A DNA stretch of 64,000 nucleotides from an uncultured Rikenellaceae bacterium (GTDB taxonomy: Bacteria; Bacteroidota; Bacteroidia; Bacteroidales; VadinHA17), in NCBI GenBank assembly GCA_963696805.1, contig CAVOLF010000006.1:375092-439091 (forward strand), read 5' to 3'. Position numbers and translations under genes: made by a program. The notes beneath the pieces are model-generated. The model was given only the letters and a program-made list of their open reading frames with translations. It had not been told where the DNA came from and ran no database searches. Below are positions 9,517 to 18,900 of the stretch, one piece after another. The first letter of the stretch is position 1. Each line of letters begins with the position of its first letter.

Positions 9517-10947
9517 CTATAACTCTCCTCTTCGTGCCACTAACTGCATTTTAATCTCACGGGCCTTCTTTTCTGTAAGGTCATATTTCCACATCACCAG
9601 TATGGCCAGTAATGCCGTTAGTGCAGGAATAGTTATATCAGCAATTCGCAGTTTGGTAATGGTTTCAGCTGTCTGGATGGCAGCATTCTGATCAAATCCG
9701 ACCAGTTTGAGCACCAGGCCACCCAGGACAAGGGCCAGGGCCTGTCCCAACTTGACCATCCACCAGTAGATAGCCCCGAATGTTCCTTCTTTTCGCGGCA
9801 TGCCGTTATTCAATTCATCAAGATCGCATACATCAGCTGTCATGCTCATCATCAGGGTAAACAAACCCCCAATTCCAAATACCATGAGAGGAAGTGGCAT
9901 AAACATCAACCATGGATTTTCCGGGTTAAATCCCCACCATTTAAGTAAGTAACCCACTATCGAAATAAAAGTTGAGATGATAAATGCGTTGCGTTTACCC
10001 ACTCTGTTGGCAATGGCAGAAATAACCGGAATTACCAGGAAGGCAGTAATTATTGCCGATACTGTAGAGAACCAGGCCGGCCAGTTTCCCGCCAGACCAT
10101 AGTCACCCTTGAACATGTAAAATACAATAATGAAATAACTGAACGATGCCACCAGTTGAAAGCCATTGAAGACCAGGAAGGTTGCTCCGCAGAGTCTCAT
10201 AAAGGGAATATTTTTTGACACCTGGACAATTCCTCTGAAAAGATCCATAAGATTGGAAAACAGTGTCTTGTATGTAATCTTGACCCTGCCCTCCATTTTC
10301 GAAGCATCTATCCCTTTGCAGAATATTGCAGGCATTATACCCAGGACAATACAGACAGCGCCTACGATCATGGAGAGTTTTCTAACCCCAATAGCCTGAG
10401 TCTCAAACAGGTTTGGGTTTGCAATCAGCACCCAGAACCACGGTACAATCATCCAGGCAATCTGGCCAAGTGTTTGTGAGAATGCCATTAACCGGGTCCG
10501 CTCATTGTAGTCTGATGTCATTTCATATCCAAGTCCTATCAGTGGCGTGGAAAAAATTGTATTTCCTGTCAGGTATATCAGTGAAAAAATAAGGAAATAC
10601 CAGAAGTTATAGGTCTGGGAATTATCAGGAGAGAGTTGCCACAGGACTGCAAACAGCACTCCGCTTAAAATGGCACCGACAAAGATATAGGGTCTTCTGC
10701 GGCCAAATCTCGATTTTGTATTGTCTGATATAAAACCCATGATAGGGTCTGTAATGGCATCATAAAATCTTGGCAGTCCGCCGAGCAAACCAGCCAGGAA
10801 AGGATCCATTCCGAAGGCAGTCAGTAAAAAGAACATAAATACTCCCAGTGCTCCCGGCAGCAGGTTATTTACCAGATGGCCCGCACCAAATGCCGCTTTC
10901 TGCATCAGGGGCACTCTGTCTTTCTCAGCTGTTGTATAATGATTCAT
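9517..10947 (-). CDS. MFS transporter, glycoside-pentoside-hexuronide (GPH):cation symporter family
   Basis: 476 aa, roughly 12 hydrophobic helices. Has the GPH/MelB-type loop motif DNTKSRFGRRRPYIFVG. Sits inside the glycoside hydrolase cluster. Confidence 0.85.
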   Translation of the reverse strand: MNHYTTAEKDRVPLMQKAAFGAGHLVNNLLPGALGVFMFFLLTAFGMDPFLAGLLGGLPRFYDAITDPIMGFISDNTKSRFGRRRPYIFVGAILSGVLFAVLWQLSPDNSQTYNFWYFLIFSLIYLTGNTIFSTPLIGLGYEMTSDYNERTRLMAFSQTLGQIAWMIVPWFWVLIANPNLFETQAIGVRKLSMIVGAVCIVLGIMPAIFCKGIDASKMEGRVKITYKTLFSNLMDLFRGIVQVSKNIPFMRLCGATFLVFNGFQLVASFSYFIIVFYMFKGDYGLAGNWPAWFSTVSAIITAFLVIPVISAIANRVGKRNAFIISTFISIVGYLLKWWGFNPENPWLMFMPLPLMVFGIGGLFTLMMSMTADVCDLDELNNGMPRKEGTFGAIYWWMVKLGQALALVLGGLVLKLVGFDQNAAIQTAETITKLRIADITIPALTALLAILVMWKYDLTEKKAREIKMQLVARRGEL

Positions 10948-11066
10948 GTGAAGAAGGTTATATTAAAATGTTTAACAATTACGACAATTCTGAATGGTCA
11001 GACACAAAACTGCAGATTATTCCCGGATATTGTGAAGCATGGGACTCTGATATTCAGTAATTGATC

Positions 11067-11870
11067 CTATTCAACCTCACGGTAGACCCTCACATAATCA
11101 ACATACATCGTTTGAGGGAATGGCGTCTCGGATGTTGGGAAACCCACATAATCGCCTCCAACGGCCACATTGAGAATCATAAAGAAAGGATTGTCAAATA
11201 CCCATTCTCCTGTCAGGTCTTCGGGTTTTATTTCCTGGTAAAGAACATCATCAACGAAGTACTGGATAAAATCAGTGCCCCATTCAACAGCAAATAAATG
11301 GTAATCTGTGTCAAATCGCTTGTCTGCATAACCATAGCTTTTGGTAATTGCTGCACCTCCGGAATAACCAGGGCCGTGAACGCTGCCATTTATAATATTT
11401 GGTTGTTGCCCGCGGTATTCCATAATGTCAATTTCACCGCACTGCGGCCATGGATTGGTTTCTATATCAGCTCCCAGCATCCAGAAAGCCGGCCAGATAC
11501 CCGGCCCCCACGGCAATTTAATGCTTGCCTCAAACCGGCCGTAGGTCTGCTCAAATAACCCGAGTGTTTTAATTCGTGCTGAGGTAAATGTACTACCTGC
11601 TTTTACGGCTGTTATCCGAAGTGCTCCTTCAGCTATGACAACATTCTGAGCATCATCTGTATAGGTCTGCAATTCGTTGTTACCCCAGCCGCCTCCGCCA
11701 AGGTCGAATGACCATTTTGTCTCGTCAGGAGCTCCGGCGGTTTCGAACTCATCCTGCCAGACCAGTTGATAAGTCCTTTTTTCCAGCCCTGATTTATCCT
11801 CACATCCTCCCAATATAAGAAGGACTGGCAGGAGGAGGATGCCTCCGATAAATAATAAACTTGATTTCAT
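11067..11870 (-). CDS. Glycoside hydrolase family 16 laminarinase (endo-beta-1,3-glucanase) lipoprotein
   Basis: 267 aa. Catalytic GH16 motif GEIDIMEY (ExDxxE) and WPAFWMLG. Lipobox LLILGGC. Confidence 0.9.
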   Translation of the reverse strand: MKSSLLFIGGILLLPVLLILGGCEDKSGLEKRTYQLVWQDEFETAGAPDETKWSFDLGGGGWGNNELQTYTDDAQNVVIAEGALRITAVKAGSTFTSARIKTLGLFEQTYGRFEASIKLPWGPGIWPAFWMLGADIETNPWPQCGEIDIMEYRGQQPNIINGSVHGPGYSGGAAITKSYGYADKRFDTDYHLFAVEWGTDFIQYFVDDVLYQEIKPEDLTGEWVFDNPFFMILNVAVGGDYVGFPTSETPFPQTMYVDYVRVYREVE

Positions 11871-11920
11871 ACTTATGATTTTATCTTATTTACAACTTAA
11901 TGTTTCTAAAATATGCTGAA

Positions 11921-11951
11921 GCTTCAGTTTTCCGGATTGTGAAACTGAAGC
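11921..11951 (-). terminator. Candidate intrinsic terminator after the glycan-binding protein gene
   Basis: 10-bp perfect stem, gcttcagttt (11921-11930) pairing with aaactgaagc (11942-11951), 11-nt loop. It lies 16 nt downstream of the stop at 11967. The minus-sense trailing sequence is only moderately U-rich. Confidence 0.4.
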
Positions 11952-11966
11952 CACAGCTGATTAATG

Positions 11967-13934
11967 TTATTTCCAGAGATAAATATTATCATACCACACA
12001 TTAGTCAGATTGGCAGTTGTAATCCCAATCTGAGCAACATCACTTCTTGTCAGATTGCCTGTAACAATTCCTCCTAAAGCAGTTATATCAATATCCACGG
12101 AAACCCATGTACCTGCAACTATTGCCGGTGTTGTTCCTGTATTAATATTAACTTCCAGGGCAGAAGCTTCACCGGCTCCACCTGCAAAATCAACTAGTTT
12201 TACATTGAACACATCCCCTGTCAGGTCAGTATCATCAGTGTAAATATCGAAATGAATATGTGTGAATGAGGATAAATTTTGCCTGTTTGTAGTAAAATCT
12301 ATTCCATGACAGTCTATTCCTGCATTCTTCTTCAGTGTATTATTTCCAGCTATGGATACTTCTGTAACTGCAGCACCTCCGCACCAGCCAGCGTCAAAAT
12401 TATCAACAGTAATATTAGTATAGGCATCACTGTAAATAGAAACCACATTGGAGGCACTGCGTGCAGGAGGTGTTGGTGCGGCTGCAGCTGGTCCTGTGGT
12501 ACCACCGCCGCCGCCGCTGTAGAAGTACAGGTTATCAACAAAGATGGTATTTGCCCCGCTGGGTTGACCCACTAGTATGTACTGGGCCAGATGTGCCCTT
12601 GTTGTAAGACCGGTAAAATCACTCAGGGGAATATCATAGCTCACCCATGTACCCTTGACCGGTGAGGCAAAATTGATCTGGTGTTCAACATCATCCCCGC
12701 CTCCGAATACTCCGTTTGCCCCGAAGTCAACCAGCTTGACCCCGAAATTGGTGATGTCAGCTGACCAGACATCAAGGTGCAGATGGGTCATTGTTGTTGC
12801 ATTTATGGGAGCAGTACCCGTCTCTATCCCTACAAAATTCAGGTCCGAATATTTCTTCGTCGGATTTCCGGCAACAGTCACTTCTTCATAGGTTGCCGCA
12901 GACCAGTCTGTCTTCCATGTATCAACAGCCACATTGGTATACGCTCCGCTGAACATTGAAATCACAGTGGCCTCATCACGCGTCGGCGTCGGAGCCGCTG
13001 CTGCAGGCTCAGTGGCTGATCCACCGCCTCCGCTGTAGAAGTACATGTTATCGACAAAGATGGTATTTGCCCCGCTGGGTTGACCCACTAGTATGTACTG
13101 TGCCAGATGTGCCCTTGTTGTAAGACCGGTAAAATCACTCAGGGGAATATCATAGCTCACCCATACACCCTTGACCGGTGAGGCAAAATTGATCTGGTGT
13201 TCAACATCATCCCCGCCTCCGAATACTCCGTTTGCCCCGAAGTCAACCAGCTTGACCCCGAAATTGGTGATGTCGGCTGACCATACATCAAGGTGCAGAT
13301 GAGTCATGGTTGTTGCATTTATGGGAGTAGTACCCGTCTCTATCCCTACAAAATTCAGGGCAGAATATTTCTTTGTCGGATTTCCGGCAACAGTCACTTC
13401 TTCATAGGTTGCCGCTGACCAGTCTGTCTTCCAGGTATCAACAGCCACGTTGGTATACGCTCCGCTGAACATTGAAATCACTGTGGCCTCATCACGCGTC
13501 GGCGTCGGAGCCGCTGCTGCAGGCTCAGTGGCTGAGCCACCACCTGATTTGTAGAAATAAATATTATCGACATAAAGAGTCCTCAGATTACAGGTAAGTA
13601 CCATCTGAGCAAGGTCCGCTCTTGTCAGGTTTCCGGTAAAAGCTGTAATCGGAACATCTATCGAAACCCATGATCCCGTCTGCAGCGCAGGTATATCTCC
13701 GGTTGGAGTATGAACAACGGTAAGTATATGACTTGTAGCCTCTGCAGTTCCGCCTCCGAAATCAACATTCTTTATTGAAAGTGATTTGGACATTACCTCA
13801 TCCGGTGTCCATATATCAATATGGAAATGTGTCATGCCCGAAGCATCAAATTTATTACTGCTGAAGTCAATACCGGCGAAATTTGTAAATGTATATTTCT
13901 TAACATCATTGCCTGAAATCTGCAAGTCTGCCAC
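11967..13934 (-). CDS. C-terminal fragment of a modular surface glycan-binding protein (modules 3-6 of ~170 aa each)
   Basis: 655-aa ORF whose M is an internal GTG. It starts mid-module (…ADLQISGNDVKKY). Repeated units end in DN[ILMV]YFY plus a Gly-rich/PAAAAPTP linker. No signal peptide. It continues the upstream ORF 14129..15949 after frameshifts. Confidence 0.75.
   Translation of the reverse strand: MADLQISGNDVKKYTFTNFAGIDFSSNKFDASGMTHFHIDIWTPDEVMSKSLSIKNVDFGGGTAEATSHILTVVHTPTGDIPALQTGSWVSIDVPITAFTGNLTRADLAQMVLTCNLRTLYVDNIYFYKSGGGSATEPAAAAPTPTRDEATVISMFSGAYTNVAVDTWKTDWSAATYEEVTVAGNPTKKYSALNFVGIETGTTPINATTMTHLHLDVWSADITNFGVKLVDFGANGVFGGGDDVEHQINFASPVKGVWVSYDIPLSDFTGLTTRAHLAQYILVGQPSGANTIFVDNMYFYSGGGGSATEPAAAAPTPTRDEATVISMFSGAYTNVAVDTWKTDWSAATYEEVTVAGNPTKKYSDLNFVGIETGTAPINATTMTHLHLDVWSADITNFGVKLVDFGANGVFGGGDDVEHQINFASPVKGTWVSYDIPLSDFTGLTTRAHLAQYILVGQPSGANTIFVDNLYFYSGGGGGTTGPAAAAPTPPARSASNVVSIYSDAYTNITVDNFDAGWCGGAAVTEVSIAGNNTLKKNAGIDCHGIDFTTNRQNLSSFTHIHFDIYTDDTDLTGDVFNVKLVDFAGGAGEASALEVNINTGTTPAIVAGTWVSVDIDITALGGIVTGNLTRSDVAQIGITTANLTNVWYDNIYLWK
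12516..13547 (-). repeat. In-frame tandem duplication, 2 x 516 bp (172 codons), about 96% identical
   Basis: Copy 12516-13031 versus copy 13032-13547 align base for base with roughly 20 mismatches. Both encode …PAAAAPTPTRDEATVISMFSGAYTNVAVDTWKTDWSAATYEEVTVAGNPTKKYS…FVDN[ML]YFYSGGGG. Confidence 0.9.
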
Positions 13935-14128
13935 ATCTGAATCATCCCAGATCAGCTGACCATGTACTGACGCTTCTGTTAGTATATGCGTTACTGAAGA
14001 GAGAGATTACGTCAGCAGCATCTCTTGCCGGCGGTGCAGGAGCAGCCACTGCAGGGACAATCCGGCGTACCTCCTGCCAGTATAGAAATATATATTATCA
14101 AGATATATATCACCGTTACCGTCGAACT

Positions 14129-15949
14129 TCAGCTGTATAATATCAGCCAGATTAACCGGTGACAAAGCTGAGCCAGTGGAATATCAACGCTTACCCAGCC
14201 TGTTGTAGGTACGGTCAGTGAATAGGCCTTTTCCACAGGGCCGGGACTTATCAGGAAAACATTGAGTCCTGTGGAGTTCACTGTCCAGAAGTCCAGATGC
14301 AAATACTCCATGCCCGTAACATTCTGACTCGATGCCAGTTGCATGCCCTGGTAATTCAATCCTGCAAATTTCAGGGTGTTGTTTCCGGCTACAGTCACTT
14401 CAGAAACCACCGTTGCCTGGCCCCAGTCGGGGTAGTCGGTGCCTGGTAAATTAGCATATGCATCACCGTAAAGTGAGATCACGTCAGCTGCATCCCTGGC
14501 CGGGGGCGCAGGAGCAGCCTCTGCAGGTACAGTAGGCGTACCACCTCCGTTACCGTAAAAATAGACATTGTCGAGGTAGAATCCTGTCAGGGATGATCCA
14601 AGGCGTTCGAGAATTATCTGAGCCAGTTTACTTCTGGAAGATAACCCGGCAAGGGCAATATCAACACTTATCCAGCTTTGCGATGCCAGCGGCCCTGCAA
14701 TTTCATAAACAAGCGTCGGATCGTTGCCATCAAGGCCTCCGTCGGGCCCCATATCCACCAGTTTTACCGCCAGTCTGTCTGCCGGGTCCACCGCATTTGG
14801 AATCCAGATGTCCATATGAAGGTGAGTCATGGTAGTGGCATTGATTGTTGGTGATGTAAACTGAATACCAACAAAATTGAAATTGTTATAAAACAATACA
14901 GCATCACCCTCAACAGTGAAATCTGCTGAAGTGGTAGTCTGGTAAGGTTGCCAGTAACCATTGTAGAAATCTACAGGCACATTTACGTACTGATTGCTGA
15001 AGATGGAAATAACATCTTCCTGCTCTGCTGCAGGGACCGGGGCGTGAGTAAAATCACCCGAAGACTGAACTGTCAGAGACCCTTCAGCATCTTCACCGCC
15101 GGAAGTGGCAGTAATAACAGCTGTTCCTTCACTCAGTACAGAAACCAGTCCTGTTGCATCCACACTTGCCACCCCTGCATTTGATGAAGCGAATGTAAAA
15201 TATGCAGGTGCTGCAACAACTGTCTGGTCAATCCCGGTTGGCATATTGAATGAAACTTTCAATCCGCCGACAGGAAACTTCAATCCGTTTACGGCTGATT
15301 CAACCCTGTCATTTCCGTCGAGTATTATAGGTTGCCGGTGAGCAATTGTACCAAGCTTTTCAAATTTCACTTCATCAATCCAGAATGTATAACCCTTTCC
15401 ATCCTCAGGACCTTCTGAATAAAAGAACATTCCCTTCTCCTGAGTTAACCGGGAAGGGTCAGGAATAGGTATAATATATTTCTTCCAGTTTGAATTCACT
15501 GCGACATTTTGCATTGAAACAAGGTACTTTGATTCACCCAGATCATTGCCAAACCCCACCAGGTCAATGGTTGCTGATTTTGATGCCCTGGCCCAGAAAG
15601 TAAGTGCATCGTAACCAGACAAATCACGTCCGACTGTGGTAAAGTATGTGCCACCTGCGTAAGCGCCCTGAGGATCCTCATAATCAGGAACTTCAAATCT
15701 CATTGATGCTGATCCTTCATATTTTACTTCAGTATCCACATCAAAAGCGGTTACTTTGGAACCACCAAACGCCGCGTACTTTAAGCCTGCACTGAAACCA
15801 TCAATAAACACCTCAGGTGTAGTCGGGTAAGATGCCAGCTCCAGTTCTTCAAAGTCCCTCGTGCAGCTACCTGAGCCTGCAAGTGTCATAGCAGTAATCA
15901 GGGCAATCGCTGACCAGTTATATTTCCTGTTTTTCATTTTAGTCTCCAT
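14129..15949 (-). CDS. N-terminal fragment of the same modular glycan-binding lipoprotein (signal, CBM-like domain, Big_2-like Ig domain, modules 1-2)
   Basis: 606 aa. Lipobox AMTLAGSGSC (probable start at the MKNRKY Met). Ig-like stretch GVASVDATGLVSVLSEGTAVITATSGG. The ORF ends with out-of-frame junk (…AQLCHRLIWLILYS*), while a shifted frame continues the module as PVNLADIIQLKFDGNGDIYLDNIYFYTG. Confidence 0.75.
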   Translation of the reverse strand: METKMKNRKYNWSAIALITAMTLAGSGSCTRDFEELELASYPTTPEVFIDGFSAGLKYAAFGGSKVTAFDVDTEVKYEGSASMRFEVPDYEDPQGAYAGGTYFTTVGRDLSGYDALTFWARASKSATIDLVGFGNDLGESKYLVSMQNVAVNSNWKKYIIPIPDPSRLTQEKGMFFYSEGPEDGKGYTFWIDEVKFEKLGTIAHRQPIILDGNDRVESAVNGLKFPVGGLKVSFNMPTGIDQTVVAAPAYFTFASSNAGVASVDATGLVSVLSEGTAVITATSGGEDAEGSLTVQSSGDFTHAPVPAAEQEDVISIFSNQYVNVPVDFYNGYWQPYQTTTSADFTVEGDAVLFYNNFNFVGIQFTSPTINATTMTHLHMDIWIPNAVDPADRLAVKLVDMGPDGGLDGNDPTLVYEIAGPLASQSWISVDIALAGLSSRSKLAQIILERLGSSLTGFYLDNVYFYGNGGGTPTVPAEAAPAPPARDAADVISLYGDAYANLPGTDYPDWGQATVVSEVTVAGNNTLKFAGLNYQGMQLASSQNVTGMEYLHLDFWTVNSTGLNVFLISPGPVEKAYSLTVPTTGWVSVDIPLAQLCHRLIWLILYS

Positions 15950-15959
15950 TTATTTATGG

Positions 15960-18900
15960 TTACATGCCTATGTTAAAATGTAAGTATGTCCTTATCTCCC
16001 ATTCATTTCCGTTTGGATAGCCGGGCACTGTGGGGTCACAGACCATGTCTCCGTTTACGTCTATATTTTTTGTCGGACAGTAGCGGGGAGAATACTGGTC
16101 AAGAGAACGCCAGTTAAACCGGATTCCGATACGGGTCTGAGGCAGGTCAACCCACTTCGGCTTTGCAACAAAAGTTGAAAGGTCTGCCTTTATCTGCAAC
16201 GGGTAGGTCAGGTTGAAGTCGCGGTGATAATCATAAGGGCCCCAATCGTTGACCTTAACCATTGATATCAGTTTGGTCTTTTTGTAAATCATCCTGAGGT
16301 CGCCCCCATAGCGTTTGATCAATCGTACGTCGCTGCCATTAGACTCAGCCGTCCCGGCAAAGAGGTTGGCAATCAAACCCAGGTTTGAATTTGCCTTTGA
16401 CACTATCCGCGCATATGCTTCCCAGAGGTCGCGTGCAGGAGGAGCACCGGCGAAGGCAAAAGTTGCCCGGCCGTCTGCCAGAATTCCAATAGCAGCGTCC
16501 TGAGTTGTCGGATGGTGACGGTATACGAATCCGGCGCTCATTGCAAAAGGAGCATCTTCGGCCTCATCGTTATCCCATTCGTACATCCATGTGGCAGGTG
16601 TCGGGTCATATGTAAGGAGGAATTCCCCTGCCACGGTTTCCCTGTTATGTCTTACGGCGAAGGGATCATCAAGAATATTTCTTGCTCTTCCCGGAGCCGG
16701 CACATCTCCCGGCACGGGACCAATTACAGGCTTTTGCCACAGGAAGTTGGGCGCAAACTGAAAATCACCTACCAGCAGGGTCAGTCCCGTAAGAAAGTTG
16801 AACTGGTTGCCGCTTCCGCTGTCCTTGAGCCTCCATCCGGTGTAAGTCTTTGTATAGTCGGCACCTCCCCCGGCTACCAGTCCCATGGCGGCCCCCTGGG
16901 CATACCAGTTTACCGGTCCGGCCGAGAGTGTCACTTTAGCCTTGCCACCCCATGTATCATTTGAATTGATTTGATCTTCATATACAGTATAGTTACCTGT
17001 CTCTCCTTCAACTAACTGGAAAGTCTCACCCACTCTGGGCTGACCTGCCCATATACCGCCAATTTCAATGCCAACAGATCCCATTTGCCTTTTAATATGC
17101 AAAGTGGTTCTCCTTGTTGGCGGTGAGGGTATTGCAAAAGAACTCACTGCCGGTGCCTGTTCATCAAGATCCTCATGATAAATGCCGGTCAGGTCAAATC
17201 CGCCAACCTTCCTGCTGTATTTGACCAGTACCGCAGGATTGGCTCCCCACCAGAGTTCCGGTCCGAAGGCAACTTTCAAGCCATTCAGCGACCTCTTCCC
17301 GTCAATTTCAAAGCCGAAAGGTGCTTCACCGTTATAAATATCCATATTCGGACCGTAGTTGGCTTCCGGGTACAACCCGAAGAAGTCTCCCTCATAACCC
17401 CAGTGATAATGACCTGTACGGTAAAAACTTGTGAGGTCAAACAACTTGCTGTTCCAGGTGAATTCCGCACTGTACACTTTAACGCGGTTCAATGCTGACA
17501 ACATCAGATTGCCATCATCTGTATTCACCTCGCGGGGACGGCCCCTGTTCTCATAGAAAATCTCATCAATCGGATTCCCGGCAATATTACCGAGGACATT
17601 TAAAGCAACTTCCCCCCGTAGATTGGGAGCAGGATTTGCTTCTACATTTACATAAAATGACTGCATGTGATCAAAACCCAGTTGATCGGGATATTTCAAA
17701 GCTCCCGGAACAGCGTCAACCGGTGTTGAGATCCGGTTACCGCCTGTGCTGAACGTTGAGAGCTCAGCCCTCAGTCCGCTGATGCGGACTTTTTTCACCT
17801 GCTCGCCTACCAGCGCCGCTTTATCACCTCGCGCCTGCAGGACTGCGCTGCTTATTTCGATGTTTGAGAAATGGGTATCTATTGATTTGAGAGAGATGCC
17901 ATCAGCATAGGGGTTCAGAAAATGAACCTCCCTGAGGGCATAATAGGCCGCACGCGGGAAAAGCTGGTAAAGACCACGTTCGTTCGTTGGACCTTTGGCA
18001 CAGATCCCGAACCACTCCTCGTTCATATTGTTTTCACCTGCAACATAATCGTGCAGGTAACCACCGTTGGACCAGGAAGCATTGTTATCCTGAACATCGA
18101 GGTTAGTGGTCTGACCAAATTTCCACCAGCCGTCGCTAAACTGGAATGTAAAGCCCCCGATAGAGTTGCCTGCCTTGCCCAGGCCTGCAGCATTCTCGTA
18201 GATCTCCTTCCAGTTGTTTACCATGTAATAAGCCTGAGACTGCTGATCTTCTGCATTTTCAACGGCACTGAATGCATCCGCACCAAATTCAGTGAACATG
18301 ATCGGAACGTTCAGGATATCCTTGACTCTCTGGAAAGCATCACCAAATGATGCTCCGCGGTACATGTTCACGCCAAAGATCTCAACGTCCTTGCACTCTT
18401 CTGCAATGATATCCAGGAAAAGCAAATCACCGTTGCAGATTGCAACAGGATGTGACGAATCAATATCCTTCATCACATTCACTGCCTCATTGAAAAGTTT
18501 GTACAAATGAGTTGCCCGGCCTGTTGATTTCCTGTCTTCCACCGGAATATCTTCGGTTTCAGCACCCTCCCAGAAAAGGCCATAATTGTTTTCATTCCCC
18601 AGCAGAAACATAAGCAAACCGGGTGTATCCTTATATTCATTGACCATCTCTGATACCTCTGATATCAGCAAATCGCGGACACGCGGATCTGAATATTCAG
18701 TATTCGCAACCCACTTGCCGCTCAGAGTCAGTCCATACCGCCCGAACGAATGGTTGAGCATGGTATATATGCCGTAATTCTCATACATATATTTAATCCA
18801 TTTTGGAGGTACACCGGTATACTGACGCACTGCATTGACACCCATATTCCTGAGCAGGGACATCTCTGCATCAAGTGCAGCTTTGATGACGTCGTCAGAC

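Noticed and set aside
11967-15949. Repetitive ~500-bp periodic structure that could be mistaken for a CRISPR-like or satellite array.
   Set aside because: The repeats are in-frame protein modules of ~170 aa with linkers. There is no short repeat/spacer organisation and no cas genes.
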